Positions 55,340 through 63,886 of a stretch of DNA of 64,000 bases are shown one piece after another. The notes beneath the pieces are model-generated. The model was given only the letters and a program-made list of their open reading frames with translations. It ran no database searches and was not told the origin of the DNA. The DNA lies in assembly GCA_903831815.1 (NCBI GenBank), contig CAIKZC010000009.1, positions 5,576 through 69,575 on the forward strand, written 5' to 3'. The position numbers and the translations under genes were made by a program. This DNA comes from an uncultured bacterium. GTDB lineage: Bacteria; Patescibacteriota; Minisyncoccia; Phycocordibacterales; UBA11359. Every line of letters starts with the position of its first letter. Positions within the stretch are counted from its first letter, which is position 1.

Positions 55340-56566
55340 TTACGGAAGTTTATTGAGTTCCGAAACCGCCCTATCCATTTGATTGTCGGCTTTTGGATTT
55401 TTTGGATCGGCGATAAATGGCACTACAATATTAGGAGTCAAACCTTTTTCGGATATCCAAGTGCCGTTCGGCGTGAGCCAGCGTGCCACGGTAACTTTCA
55501 AAGAGGTATCCGGAGTGATCGGCAACAATTCTTGTACTGAACCCTTACCGAATGTTTGTTCGCCAATCAATTTAGCCACACCATATTGTTGAAGCGCGCC
55601 GGCAAGAATTTCCGAGGCAGAAGCCGAACCGCCGTTAACCAAAATTTCAAATTGCAAATTTTTGTTAAAAATATTGTATCCCTGACTCTGATATACATTT
55701 TGAGGAGTTGAACTTCCAAAGTCCTCCGTCACAATGGTCTTGCCCATAGGCACAAACCAGCTGGCCATATCAACCGCCGATTCCAAGTATCCTCCGGGAT
55801 TATCTCGCAAGTCCAAAATCAATTTATGCGATCCGGACAAAACAAATTCTCTCAATGCCCCCCTAAAAAGATCGGATGAATTTTGCGAAAAATTATAAAG
55901 ATGAATGACAAAAATATTTCCCGGCAACGTTTCCGTGTCGAGAGTCGGAATCTCAATCGTGTCACGTACCATAGAAAATTCGATCGGATTCTTTACACCT
56001 TTGCGCAAGACGGTGACGACGACGGTCGAACCTTTCGGTCCACGAATCATATTGACCGCTTCATCGACGGACATACCCACGGTTGAAGTTCCGTTTATTT
56101 TTAAAATCTGATCTCCCGATTTGATGCCGGCATTGTATGCCGGATTATTTTTGAGCGGAGCAACAACGGTCATAACATTATTTTGTATGCCGATCTCCAT
56201 GCCAACGCCGTCAAAATTTCCCTGTATCTGTTCGTTAAAATTTTTGGATTCTTCCGGTGGGAAAAATACCGTGTAAGGATCTCCGTAGGAAGCGGCCAAT
56301 CCTTGAATAGCGCCCCAAACTTTATCTTGATCGGTCACGACCGCATGAGCATGCGTCGCCACGAATTTATCTTGAAGAATCTGCCAAGCTTTCCAAAAAG
56401 GTCCGAAGTTTGCAGTTGTAGTTGCGTTGATATCTCCGTCTATAATGTCTTGCACCACTATCTTCTGACTTTCATATCTTCCACCAAAATAGAAACCTCC
56501 GAAAAAAATAATAAAACCTGCTAGGATAGCACCACCGACAATTTTTAATTTGGTGTTTTTGTTCAT
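55340..56566 (-). CDS. S41 family C-terminal processing peptidase (CtpA-like) with a PDZ domain
   Basis: PDZ segment GDQILKINGTS, and S41 motifs LILDLRDNPGGYL and GGSASASEILAG. Confidence 0.8.
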   Translation of the reverse strand: MNKNTKLKIVGGAILAGFIIFFGGFYFGGRYESQKIVVQDIIDGDINATTTANFGPFWKAWQILQDKFVATHAHAVVTDQDKVWGAIQGLAASYGDPYTVFFPPEESKNFNEQIQGNFDGVGMEIGIQNNVMTVVAPLKNNPAYNAGIKSGDQILKINGTSTVGMSVDEAVNMIRGPKGSTVVVTVLRKGVKNPIEFSMVRDTIEIPTLDTETLPGNIFVIHLYNFSQNSSDLFRGALREFVLSGSHKLILDLRDNPGGYLESAVDMASWFVPMGKTIVTEDFGSSTPQNVYQSQGYNIFNKNLQFEILVNGGSASASEILAGALQQYGVAKLIGEQTFGKGSVQELLPITPDTSLKVTVARWLTPNGTWISEKGLTPNIVVPFIADPKNPKADNQMDRAVSELNKLP

Positions 56567-56652
56567 ATATAAATGTTAAGCCGATTCATTATCTCAAAAT
56601 TGACAATATAAATCAATTTTAATTTAAAAATTAAAATGATATACTATTCTGC

Positions 56653-57537
56653 ATGATTACAACACAAAAGATGGGTGACATTACGTGGGTTGATGCGCTC
56701 TCGCCAACCAACGAAGAAATATTGCAACTACAAAAAATTTACAAGCTCAACGAAGATGTTACGCGTGATTTAATGGTACCGACACTTGTTCCGCGTATCG
56801 ACGAATGTGATGAACACTTATATACCGTTCTTCACTTCCCCGCCAACAAGCACAGTCACCGCGAAAACGCCCAAGAGATTGACATAATCGTCGGTAAAAA
56901 TTACCTGATAACCGTTCGTTATGATACGATCGATTCAATTTATTATCTTTTTAAATCTTTTGAAGTTGGCAGCATTTTGGCCAACAAAGATCGTTTCAGA
57001 CACGCCCATGAACTTTTCTTTATCATCATGCGCAAAATGTATGAATCGGTGCTGGATGAACTTTCCGCCATCGAAGAACAATTTGATGTCATCGAGTCGG
57101 CGATATTTGACGGACGAGAAAAAGAAATGGTCGCTTCCATTTCGAGCGCAGGGCGAACATTGCTCGATTTCAAACGAACACTAATTCCACATGAAGATGT
57201 CCTAAGCACTTTGCAGGAAGCCGGTATCAGACAACTTGGCAAGGAATTCGGAAAAGACGTTTCTATCGTTTTACGTGAATATCATCGCGTGCGCAGTCGC
57301 ATTCACGACGATATCGAAGCTTTGATCGAAATTCGTGAGACCAACAACACTTTGCTTTCGACCAAACAGAACGAGATCATCAAAATTTTCACGATTTTGG
57401 CATTTATTACTTTCCCTTTAACACTGGTGATTGACATGATTCAAGCCGATCGAAATATTATGTGGCTTCTCGTGATCCTAGTGTGTATCTCCGTCGGTAC
57501 GATGTTCGCTTTCTTTAAACACAAGAAGTGGTTGTAA
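56653..57537 (+). CDS. CorA-like divalent cation transporter lacking the canonical GMN motif
   Basis: CorA-type N-terminal domain (WVDALSPTNEEILQL ... GKNYLITV) and two C-terminal TM helices, but VIDMIQAD where YGMNF is expected. TGaTATACT sits 7 nt upstream of the ATG. Confidence 0.55.
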   Translation: MITTQKMGDITWVDALSPTNEEILQLQKIYKLNEDVTRDLMVPTLVPRIDECDEHLYTVLHFPANKHSHRENAQEIDIIVGKNYLITVRYDTIDSIYYLFKSFEVGSILANKDRFRHAHELFFIIMRKMYESVLDELSAIEEQFDVIESAIFDGREKEMVASISSAGRTLLDFKRTLIPHEDVLSTLQEAGIRQLGKEFGKDVSIVLREYHRVRSRIHDDIEALIEIRETNNTLLSTKQNEIIKIFTILAFITFPLTLVIDMIQADRNIMWLLVILVCISVGTMFAFFKHKKWL

Positions 57538-57556
57538 AATTTCAAATTCAAATTTC

Positions 57557-58981
57557 ATGTTGCAATTTCAAAACACGCTGACAGGAAAAAAAGAAGAATT
57601 TAAGCCAATTAAGACCGGTGCTGTCGGAATGTACCACTGTGGTCCGACCGTTTACGATTATGCGCATATCGGCAATTTACGTGCCTATGTTTTTGCCGAT
57701 ATTCTGCGACGTGTTTGCGAATTAGCCGATCTTAAAGTCACACAAGTAATAAACATTACCGATTTTGGACATCTTTCCGATGATGCCGATGCCGGTGAAG
57801 ATAAGATGACCAAAGGATTGAAGCGTGAAGGCAAACCACTGACGTTGGAGGCAATGCGCGAGCTGGCCGACAAATATACCAAAGCATACGTCGAAAACCT
57901 CAAACAGATGAATATAAAATTGCCGACCGTGATGCCGCTCGCCAGCGAGCATATTAAAGAAGATGTTGAACTTATAAAAACTTTGGAAGAAAAAGGTTTT
58001 GTTTACAAGACCAGTGATGGTTTGTATTTTGATACGTCGAAGGACGCCAACTATGGTGCGCTTTCCAAAAAAATGGTGACCGCACGGGAAGCTGAAGGTG
58101 CTCAAACACGCATAGGCGCCAATTTGGAAAAAAGAAATCAGCGAGACTTTGCTGTTTGGAAATTTAATCAGAATATCGGTTTTCAAAGTCCATGGGGTCA
58201 AGGTTTCCCAGGTTGGCATATAGAATGCTCCGCCATGTCCATGAAATACCTCGGTAATACTTTTGACATCCATACGGGTGGGATAGACCATATTCCAGTC
58301 CATCACAACAACGAAATCGCCCAATCCGAATGTGCCACCGGCCAACCACTCGCGCATTATTGGATACATTCCGCACATATAATTATCAACAGCGAAAAAA
58401 TGTCGAAGTCTTTAGGTAATATATTCACACTTCAAACATTGATAGATCAAGGTATCGAACCTCTCGCCTATCGTTATTGGTTGCTCGGCGCACATTACAG
58501 CACTCAAATGAATCTGACTATTGATTCTCTAAAAGCTGCGCAGACGGGTTACAAAAAATTACTGAATATTTTTGCCGAACTCGGAGAAAATCCTAAAGGT
58601 GGCGAAAACATAAAGGATGAAAATAAGCCAGACGAAAAATATTTGAATAAATTTAAAGAATTTGTTTTTGACGATCTTGATACACCGAAAGGACTAGCTT
58701 TAATTTGGGATCTAACCAAAGACACAACAGTTGACGACGCAACCAAAAGAACGACAATGTTAGCTTTTGATTCTGTTCTCGGACTTGATTTTGAAAACTT
58801 TACCAAAACAAAACAAAATCAGCAAGAAATTCCGCGAAATATTATTGACCTAATGAACTTGCGTGAAATTGCCAGAAAAAATAAAGATTGGAGGAGATCG
58901 GACGAACTTCGTGATGAAATATTTAAACTTGGATATCAAATAAAAGACACCGAGCAAGGACCTTCAGTCAAGAAAATCTAA
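57557..58981 (+). CDS. cysS: Cysteinyl-tRNA synthetase
   Basis: [13 protein letters not shown] (HIGH) and KMSKSLGN (KMSKS). Confidence 0.9.
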   Translation: MLQFQNTLTGKKEEFKPIKTGAVGMYHCGPTVYDYAHIGNLRAYVFADILRRVCELADLKVTQVINITDFGHLSDDADAGEDKMTKGLKREGKPLTLEAMRELADKYTKAYVENLKQMNIKLPTVMPLASEHIKEDVELIKTLEEKGFVYKTSDGLYFDTSKDANYGALSKKMVTAREAEGAQTRIGANLEKRNQRDFAVWKFNQNIGFQSPWGQGFPGWHIECSAMSMKYLGNTFDIHTGGIDHIPVHHNNEIAQSECATGQPLAHYWIHSAHIIINSEKMSKSLGNIFTLQTLIDQGIEPLAYRYWLLGAHYSTQMNLTIDSLKAAQTGYKKLLNIFAELGENPKGGENIKDENKPDEKYLNKFKEFVFDDLDTPKGLALIWDLTKDTTVDDATKRTTMLAFDSVLGLDFENFTKTKQNQQEIPRNIIDLMNLREIARKNKDWRRSDELRDEIFKLGYQIKDTEQGPSVKKI

Positions 58982-59017
58982 TTAAATAGATATATTAAAT
59001 AAAAAAAAGGAGGTGAG

Positions 59018-59056
59018 AGCCAAACACGCTTTGGTCTCCCACCTCCACGCATCGGG
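59018..59056 (-). terminator. Intrinsic terminator closing the three-peptide cluster
   Basis: On the minus strand: GGAGGTGGGAGACCAAA-gcgtg-TTTGGCTCTCACCTCC followed by TTTTTTTT. Confidence 0.55.
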
Positions 59057-59082
59057 TGTATCGTTCGCCCTTCAAACCACGA

Positions 59083-59202
59083 CTACTTCATCTCTCGGTC
59101 TACGTACATGGAATTGCGTCGACGCGTCGCAATCCCGGTCAGCAATAGACCGAAAACGAGACAGATGAACGCGAGAAAACCGAAAGTTTTCACCTTACTC
59201 AT
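59083..59202 (-). CDS. 39-aa single-TM small protein (MSKVKTFGFLAFICLVFGLLLTGIATRRRNSMYVDREMK), not in the ORF track
   Basis: GGAGGT 5 nt upstream of the ATG; overlaps the upstream peptide gene by 8 nt (translational coupling). Confidence 0.35.
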   Translation of the reverse strand: MSKVKTFGFLAFICLVFGLLLTGIATRRRNSMYVDREMK

Positions 59203-59320
59203 CCGATACCTCCATTGGTTGCTTTGAATTCTCGCGATACTTCCGATACACATGCCCAATCACTATCATGATAAGACACGTGATCATCACGTACCAAAAA
59301 AACTCAATACTCGAAGCCAT
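59195..59320 (-). CDS. 41-aa single-TM small protein (MASSIEFFWYVMITCLIMIVIGHVYRKYRENSKQPMEVSDE), not in the ORF track
   Basis: ATG-initiated ORF between the two flanking peptide genes; hydrophobic core then a charged tail. Confidence 0.3.
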   Translation of the reverse strand: MASSIEFFWYVMITCLIMIVIGHVYRKYRENSKQPMEVSDE

Positions 59321-59333
59321 CGAATCAGGATTG

Positions 59334-59474
59334 TTAGTGGGGTACATGCATCAGCTCCTTGTAAAGATAGACGCATATCGCGATCGTTGCAAGAATACAG
59401 CAAACGATGAAGGCGTTATCCAAAAGAACAGACGCTACCCGCGAAAAGAACGTATCGTAACGTGAATCCGACAT
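59334..59474 (-). CDS. 46-aa single-TM small protein (MSDSRYDTFFSRVASVLLDNAFIVCCILATIAICVYLYKELMHVPH)
   Basis: AAAGGAG 9 nt upstream of the ATG at 59474. The ORF track extends it to 59588 with a non-ATG start. Confidence 0.35.
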   Translation of the reverse strand: MSDSRYDTFFSRVASVLLDNAFIVCCILATIAICVYLYKELMHVPH

Positions 59475-59531
59475 AGCCCAAGACTCCTTTCTTGTTTGTC
59501 TTAGTCGACGCCAAAACTCGACTCTGACGGT

Positions 59532-59559
59532 ATTATACCACATATCACATATTATGCAA
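59532..59559 (-). promoter_or_regulatory. sigma70-like promoter TTGCAT-16-TGgTATAAT for the peptide cluster
   Basis: Perfect extended -10 on the minus strand (rc of 59532-59540), with the -35 at rc of 59554-59559. Confidence 0.5.
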
Positions 59560-59645
59560 GCAATTTTGACAATCCACTTTTTAAGCACAGGTTATACGCT
59601 GTTTGGCAATATTGTAAATTTTAAAGCTGTGTTAAAATCATTCTC

Positions 59646-61046
59646 ATGACTACAATAATTGCGAAGCCTCAACTAACCAGATCGACTGCCCTACGTGTGC
59701 CTCCTCAAAGTATTGATAGTGAAATGGCTTTTCTCGGATCAATCATGTTGCGGCCGGAAGCGATTCACGATGTCCTTGATATCTTAACTGTCGAATCTTT
59801 TTACGCCGAAAAACATCGCAGCATTTTCCAAGCGATGCTCGACCTTTTATCCAAAGGCAATCCAATTGATTTGCTTTCTCTTTCTAGTCGTTTAAAAGAT
59901 GTTGGTAAATTAGATCAATCTGGTGGCTCAAGCTATCTCGCTGAACTCGTTCAAGTTGTACCTTCATCGGCCAACATAAAATTTTACGCCGAAACAGTTC
60001 AGAAAAAACATATGATGCGACAACTCATCCAGTGTTCGGATGAAATCTGCAATATGGGATTTGATGAGTCGGGTGATTTGGAAGAAATTTTAGATCGCGC
60101 CGAGAAAAGAGTTTTTGAGGTTACCAATTTCTCCATGACCCACAAATTCATTGAGCTGAAGCACGCCCTCGGTGAAGCTTATGAACGATACGAAAGATTA
60201 CACAACACCAAAGATGGTTTGCGTGGAGTGCCGACCGGATTCAAAGAGCTTGATAATATTTTGTCTGGCTTCCAAAAATCCGACCTTATCATTCTCGCTG
60301 CCCGTCCTTCCGTCGGTAAAACTTCCCTCGCCCTCGAGATCGCTCGTAAAGCTGCGGTCAATCACGGGGTGCCTGTAGCGATCTTCTCACTTGAAATGTC
60401 CTCACAACAATTAGTTGACCGTATGCTCTCGGCACAATCCGAAGTTGACGCTTGGAAATTGCGAACTGGCCGAAACTTTCATGAGGATGATTTTACCAAG
60501 ATCCGCGACTCTCTAGATGTTCTTTCTCGTGCACCTATTTTTATTGATGATCAAGCAGCGACAAATATTATTCGCATGCGTTCGGTGGCACGTCGTCTAA
60601 AGAGCGAACACAACCTCGGTCTCATTATTGTCGACTACCTTCAGCTTATGGCGCCGACTCAATCGCGTAATTCCGACAACATGGTGCAACAAATTACCGA
60701 AATTTCTCGATCACTCAAACACTTGGCTCGTGAACTTGATGTGCCAGTTATTGCTCTTTCACAGCTCTCTCGTGCCGTTGAGCAACGTGGTGGCAAGCCT
60801 CGCCTCTCCGACTTGCGCGATTCCGGTTCTATCGAGCAGGATGCCGATGTGGTTATGTTCATTCACCGTGAGGATAAATATAAAGATGAAGCCGAACGCA
60901 CTAACGTCGCCGAGATTTTGATCGAAAAACATCGAAACGGTCCGGTTGGTCGCGTACAATTATATTTTAATGACAAAACTTCTTCGTTCCGCAGTATTGA
61001 TAACAGTAATTATGGTGGCGCCGATCAAGAGTTTGCTAAAATGTAA
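59646..61046 (+). CDS. dnaB: Replicative DNA helicase
   Basis: Walker A ARPSVGKTSLALEIA, the H4 motif IIVDYLQLM, and an N-terminal DnaB domain. TAAAAT sits 7 nt upstream of the ATG (possibly leaderless). Confidence 0.9.
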   Translation: MTTIIAKPQLTRSTALRVPPQSIDSEMAFLGSIMLRPEAIHDVLDILTVESFYAEKHRSIFQAMLDLLSKGNPIDLLSLSSRLKDVGKLDQSGGSSYLAELVQVVPSSANIKFYAETVQKKHMMRQLIQCSDEICNMGFDESGDLEEILDRAEKRVFEVTNFSMTHKFIELKHALGEAYERYERLHNTKDGLRGVPTGFKELDNILSGFQKSDLIILAARPSVGKTSLALEIARKAAVNHGVPVAIFSLEMSSQQLVDRMLSAQSEVDAWKLRTGRNFHEDDFTKIRDSLDVLSRAPIFIDDQAATNIIRMRSVARRLKSEHNLGLIIVDYLQLMAPTQSRNSDNMVQQITEISRSLKHLARELDVPVIALSQLSRAVEQRGGKPRLSDLRDSGSIEQDADVVMFIHREDKYKDEAERTNVAEILIEKHRNGPVGRVQLYFNDKTSSFRSIDNSNYGGADQEFAKM

Positions 61047-61100
61047 CAAAGGGTACAAAATATCTATACACAAGATCCACGCGACACCTATCTGCACAAA

Positions 61101-61721
61101 ATGGACCCTATCAACAAATTAATCGAACTTTTTTCTGAATTTCCTGGCATTGGCCCACGACAAGCCAAGCGTTTTGTGTACTACCTCTTGCGACACAATA
61201 ACGGATATCTCAATGAAATTTCCGAAAATATTTCCAATTTGAAAAAGGAGATCGGCACTTGTTCGATTTGTTTTCAATATTTTCAAAGGAAGAATACTAA
61301 CCAGAAACTTTGCTCGATTTGTTCTGATAGCCACCGCGACGAATCACAGCTAATGATCGTGAGTCATGATGTAGATTTGGAACACATCGAAAAAAGCGGT
61401 GTTTATAAAGGCACGTATTTTGTGCTAGGTGGTGTGGTGCCAATTCTTGCGCCGAAACCGGAAGAAAGAATTCGCAGTCGTGAACTACTCGCTCTCATCA
61501 AAAATCGTACCGAGAAAAATATTCTGAAAGAAATTATTTTGGCCATGAACGTCACACCCGAAGGTGAAAACACCGAACAATATTTGACCCAAAACCTCAC
61601 GCCGATTGCCACGCAAAATTCAGTGAAAATTTCTCATCTTGGTCGTGGTATTTCGACCGGCACGGAAATAGAATATTCCGACAAAGAAACTCTTAAGAAT
61701 GCTTTGCAAAATAGGAAGTAA
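61101..61721 (+). CDS. recR: Recombination protein RecR
   Basis: N-terminal HhH PGIGPRQAKRFVYYLL, a C4 zinc finger CSICFQY ... CSICSD, and a Toprim domain. Confidence 0.9.
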   Translation: MDPINKLIELFSEFPGIGPRQAKRFVYYLLRHNNGYLNEISENISNLKKEIGTCSICFQYFQRKNTNQKLCSICSDSHRDESQLMIVSHDVDLEHIEKSGVYKGTYFVLGGVVPILAPKPEERIRSRELLALIKNRTEKNILKEIILAMNVTPEGENTEQYLTQNLTPIATQNSVKISHLGRGISTGTEIEYSDKETLKNALQNRK

Positions 61722-61734
61722 GGAAGTCTAAATA

Positions 61735-61761
61735 AAAAATCCCCAAATGGGGATTTTTTAT
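61735..61761. terminator. Bidirectional intrinsic terminator between recR and rplU
   Basis: AAAAAATCCCCA-aa-TGGGGATTTTTT. Confidence 0.65.
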
Positions 61762-62075
61762 TAAACTGATTTGATTTCAACCTTAGAGAATGGTTGTCGA
61801 TGACCGTTTTTCTTGAAATATCGACTCTTTTGTTTGTATTTGATAACGATAACTTTCTTGGCTCGGCCGATCTCTTTGAGTTCTGCCTCTACCTTTGCGC
61901 CGGAAATTGTTGGTTTGCCGATTTTGGTTGTAGAACCGTCATCAACCAAGAGAACTTGGTCAAAAACGACCTTATCGCCCACCTTTAAAGTGTCGGAAAT
62001 CTTCTCAACATTAAGGACGTCGCCTTCTGCGACTTTGTATTGCTTGCCACCTGTGCTGATTACTGCAAATTTCAT
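61761..62075 (-). CDS. rplU: 50S ribosomal protein L21
   Basis: MKFAVISTGGKQYKVAEGDVLNVEKI matches the L21 N-terminus. Confidence 0.85.
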   Translation of the reverse strand: MKFAVISTGGKQYKVAEGDVLNVEKISDTLKVGDKVVFDQVLLVDDGSTTKIGKPTISGAKVEAELKEIGRAKKVIVIKYKQKSRYFKKNGHRQPFSKVEIKSV

Positions 62076-62144
62076 AGTTTCCCTATTCTATATTAAATGG
62101 TAAAAAATGCAAGCTGAATGGCAATTTAGACAATATAAGCAAGG

Positions 62145-62173
62145 TTGACATTTTATATAAATTTGTGTTATAT
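62145..62173 (+). promoter_or_regulatory. sigma70-like promoter TTGACA-17-TTATAT
   Basis: Upstream of the GC-shifted gene at 62250, which has an AAAAGGAGA RBS. Confidence 0.45.
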
Positions 62174-62249
62174 ATCAGATTAGAGTGAAGTTGCGACAGG
62201 GACGTTAGTTCCGACAACTTGTGTAAGTAAACCTAAAAGGAGACAAATC

Positions 62250-62612
62250 ATGGCAACTGATGGTCCTACCCCCGCACCCTGCAACGATGAAGTTTTCAAT
62301 AAAGGCACGGGTGTCTGCGTCGTTGACGGCAGTTCCAATGCTGTAGAGCGTTGGGTGCGGTCCGTCGCTAAGAAAGCGAATTCTCAGGTCGACTGGCATT
62401 ACAGCGGTGGACGAGCGAACGTTCTCCATCTTGGCGACAATGCAAGTCGTCAACGTGTTCTCGATGCTATACGTGAGCTGGAAAAAGAACTCGACGGACG
62501 AATTCTCAGCATTGATGGACCCACTCTGTATCGAGCCGGTGACAAAGTGTCCAAAGGAACAATCGCTGTAGATCCAGACCTCGGGTCACTCATCGCCAAT
62601 TCTCGCAGATAA
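62250..62612 (+). CDS. Hypothetical protein; GC-shifted ORFan
   Basis: Strong RBS; 120 aa; no recognisable domain. Confidence 0.4.
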   Translation: MATDGPTPAPCNDEVFNKGTGVCVVDGSSNAVERWVRSVAKKANSQVDWHYSGGRANVLHLGDNASRQRVLDAIRELEKELDGRILSIDGPTLYRAGDKVSKGTIAVDPDLGSLIANSRR

Positions 62613-62674
62613 TCTGCGGACTCGTACCAAAACCCCACGAGCTAAAATAACGGGGTTTTTTGTTGCTTATAACT

Positions 62675-63781
62675 TTACTCCTCTAAATCGGGTTTTTCGA
62701 TGGCTAAGAGGGTGATGTCGGCTGAGGTGCCGGTAATGCGTGTGATGTCTTTATCAACTTTTTTAAATTCTTTGCTGGAGGCGTTGAAATGATTGACGAC
62801 GGTTTCGAGTGAGTTACCCATTTTACCGTGATACATTTCATATTTTTTTAAATGTTCACCGAGCTCGCCGACTCGTTTTATGATGTCTTTGGCAGTCTCT
62901 TCGATCTGCATCGCCTTTAAACCCTGGAGTACCGTTTGCAAATAGGCCAAAAACGATGTCGGCGAGACGATGATAACTTTATGCTTGCCAGCCGCACGCT
63001 GGATCAAATTTTCGTTATCTTCACTCACCGCGCCAATTTTATTTATCAAGAGATCATAATAAATTGCTTCATGTGGAATGAACATAAAAGCGAAATCCAT
63101 CGTTCCCTCCGCCGGTCGGATATATTTCGAAGTTTCGGTAATGCGAATTTTCAAGTCGTTCACAAAATTTTTCTCCAAACGTTCTTTCTCAACTGGATCT
63201 TTAGTTTCAATCAAACGATTATAATTTTCCAGAGAAAACTTGGAATCAATCGGAATGATTTTATCTTTCACAAAAACTACCGCATCCACAATTTCGCCGT
63301 TATTAAAAGCGTATTGCATCTGATACTGCGCCGGCGCCAAAACATTTTTAAGTAAAGTTTCCAAATAATATTCACCGAGAATCCCCCGCTGTTTTGGATT
63401 TTTCAAAATATCCTGCAACGATTGCAATTGATCAGCAAAAGACACCACTTGTTTGTTGGTTTCGTCGAGCTTAGTCAAACCTTGCGTCACATCTTTGATC
63501 AACTTGGCGGATTCACTAAACTGATTTCGTAAAGAATCGTTCATCGTGCGCGCCGTCTCACCCATCTTAGAATCCATTGTCTTGGTCATCTCGCGCAAAT
63601 TGAGATCCATCCGGCGATTTTGTTCGTTAACCTGCTCAAGCAATAATTTTAGAGCACTGTCATCCTGTTTGATCGATTCTTGCGGCTTGCGACGGTTAAT
63701 AAAAAAGATCGTAGTCACATTTACACCGACAATTATAATAAAACCTAAAATGACCACAATTAATATATTCATAATTGACAT
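62675..63781 (-). CDS. rmuC: DNA recombination protein RmuC
   Basis: N-terminal TM, a long coiled-coil, and C-terminal VDAVVFVKDKIIPIDSKFSLENYNRL resembling the RmuC motif PDvvvrLP..k.vvIDaKfpl.aY. Confidence 0.75.
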   Translation of the reverse strand: MSIMNILIVVILGFIIIVGVNVTTIFFINRRKPQESIKQDDSALKLLLEQVNEQNRRMDLNLREMTKTMDSKMGETARTMNDSLRNQFSESAKLIKDVTQGLTKLDETNKQVVSFADQLQSLQDILKNPKQRGILGEYYLETLLKNVLAPAQYQMQYAFNNGEIVDAVVFVKDKIIPIDSKFSLENYNRLIETKDPVEKERLEKNFVNDLKIRITETSKYIRPAEGTMDFAFMFIPHEAIYYDLLINKIGAVSEDNENLIQRAAGKHKVIIVSPTSFLAYLQTVLQGLKAMQIEETAKDIIKRVGELGEHLKKYEMYHGKMGNSLETVVNHFNASSKEFKKVDKDITRITGTSADITLLAIEKPDLEE

Positions 63782-63814
63782 TATACTACAGTTTTTTCAT
63801 AAATACTTGTAAGT

Positions 63815-63843
63815 GTTGACCTTACGAGGTCCTTGTGGTATAC
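63815..63843 (+). promoter_or_regulatory. sigma70-like promoter TTGACC-17-TGgTATACT
   Basis: Upstream of the partial gene that starts at 63887. Confidence 0.45.
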
Positions 63844-63886
63844 TGGAAAAAGAATAGTGAGAACCTGAACTAAACAGGGAGGTTTG

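Noticed and set aside
59600-59646. Canonical TTGACA promoter for dnaB
   Set aside because: The TTGACA at 59566 is 20 nt from the nearest -10-like hexamer. The better fit is a weak -35 with TAAAAT 7 nt before the ATG (leaderless), reported with low confidence only.
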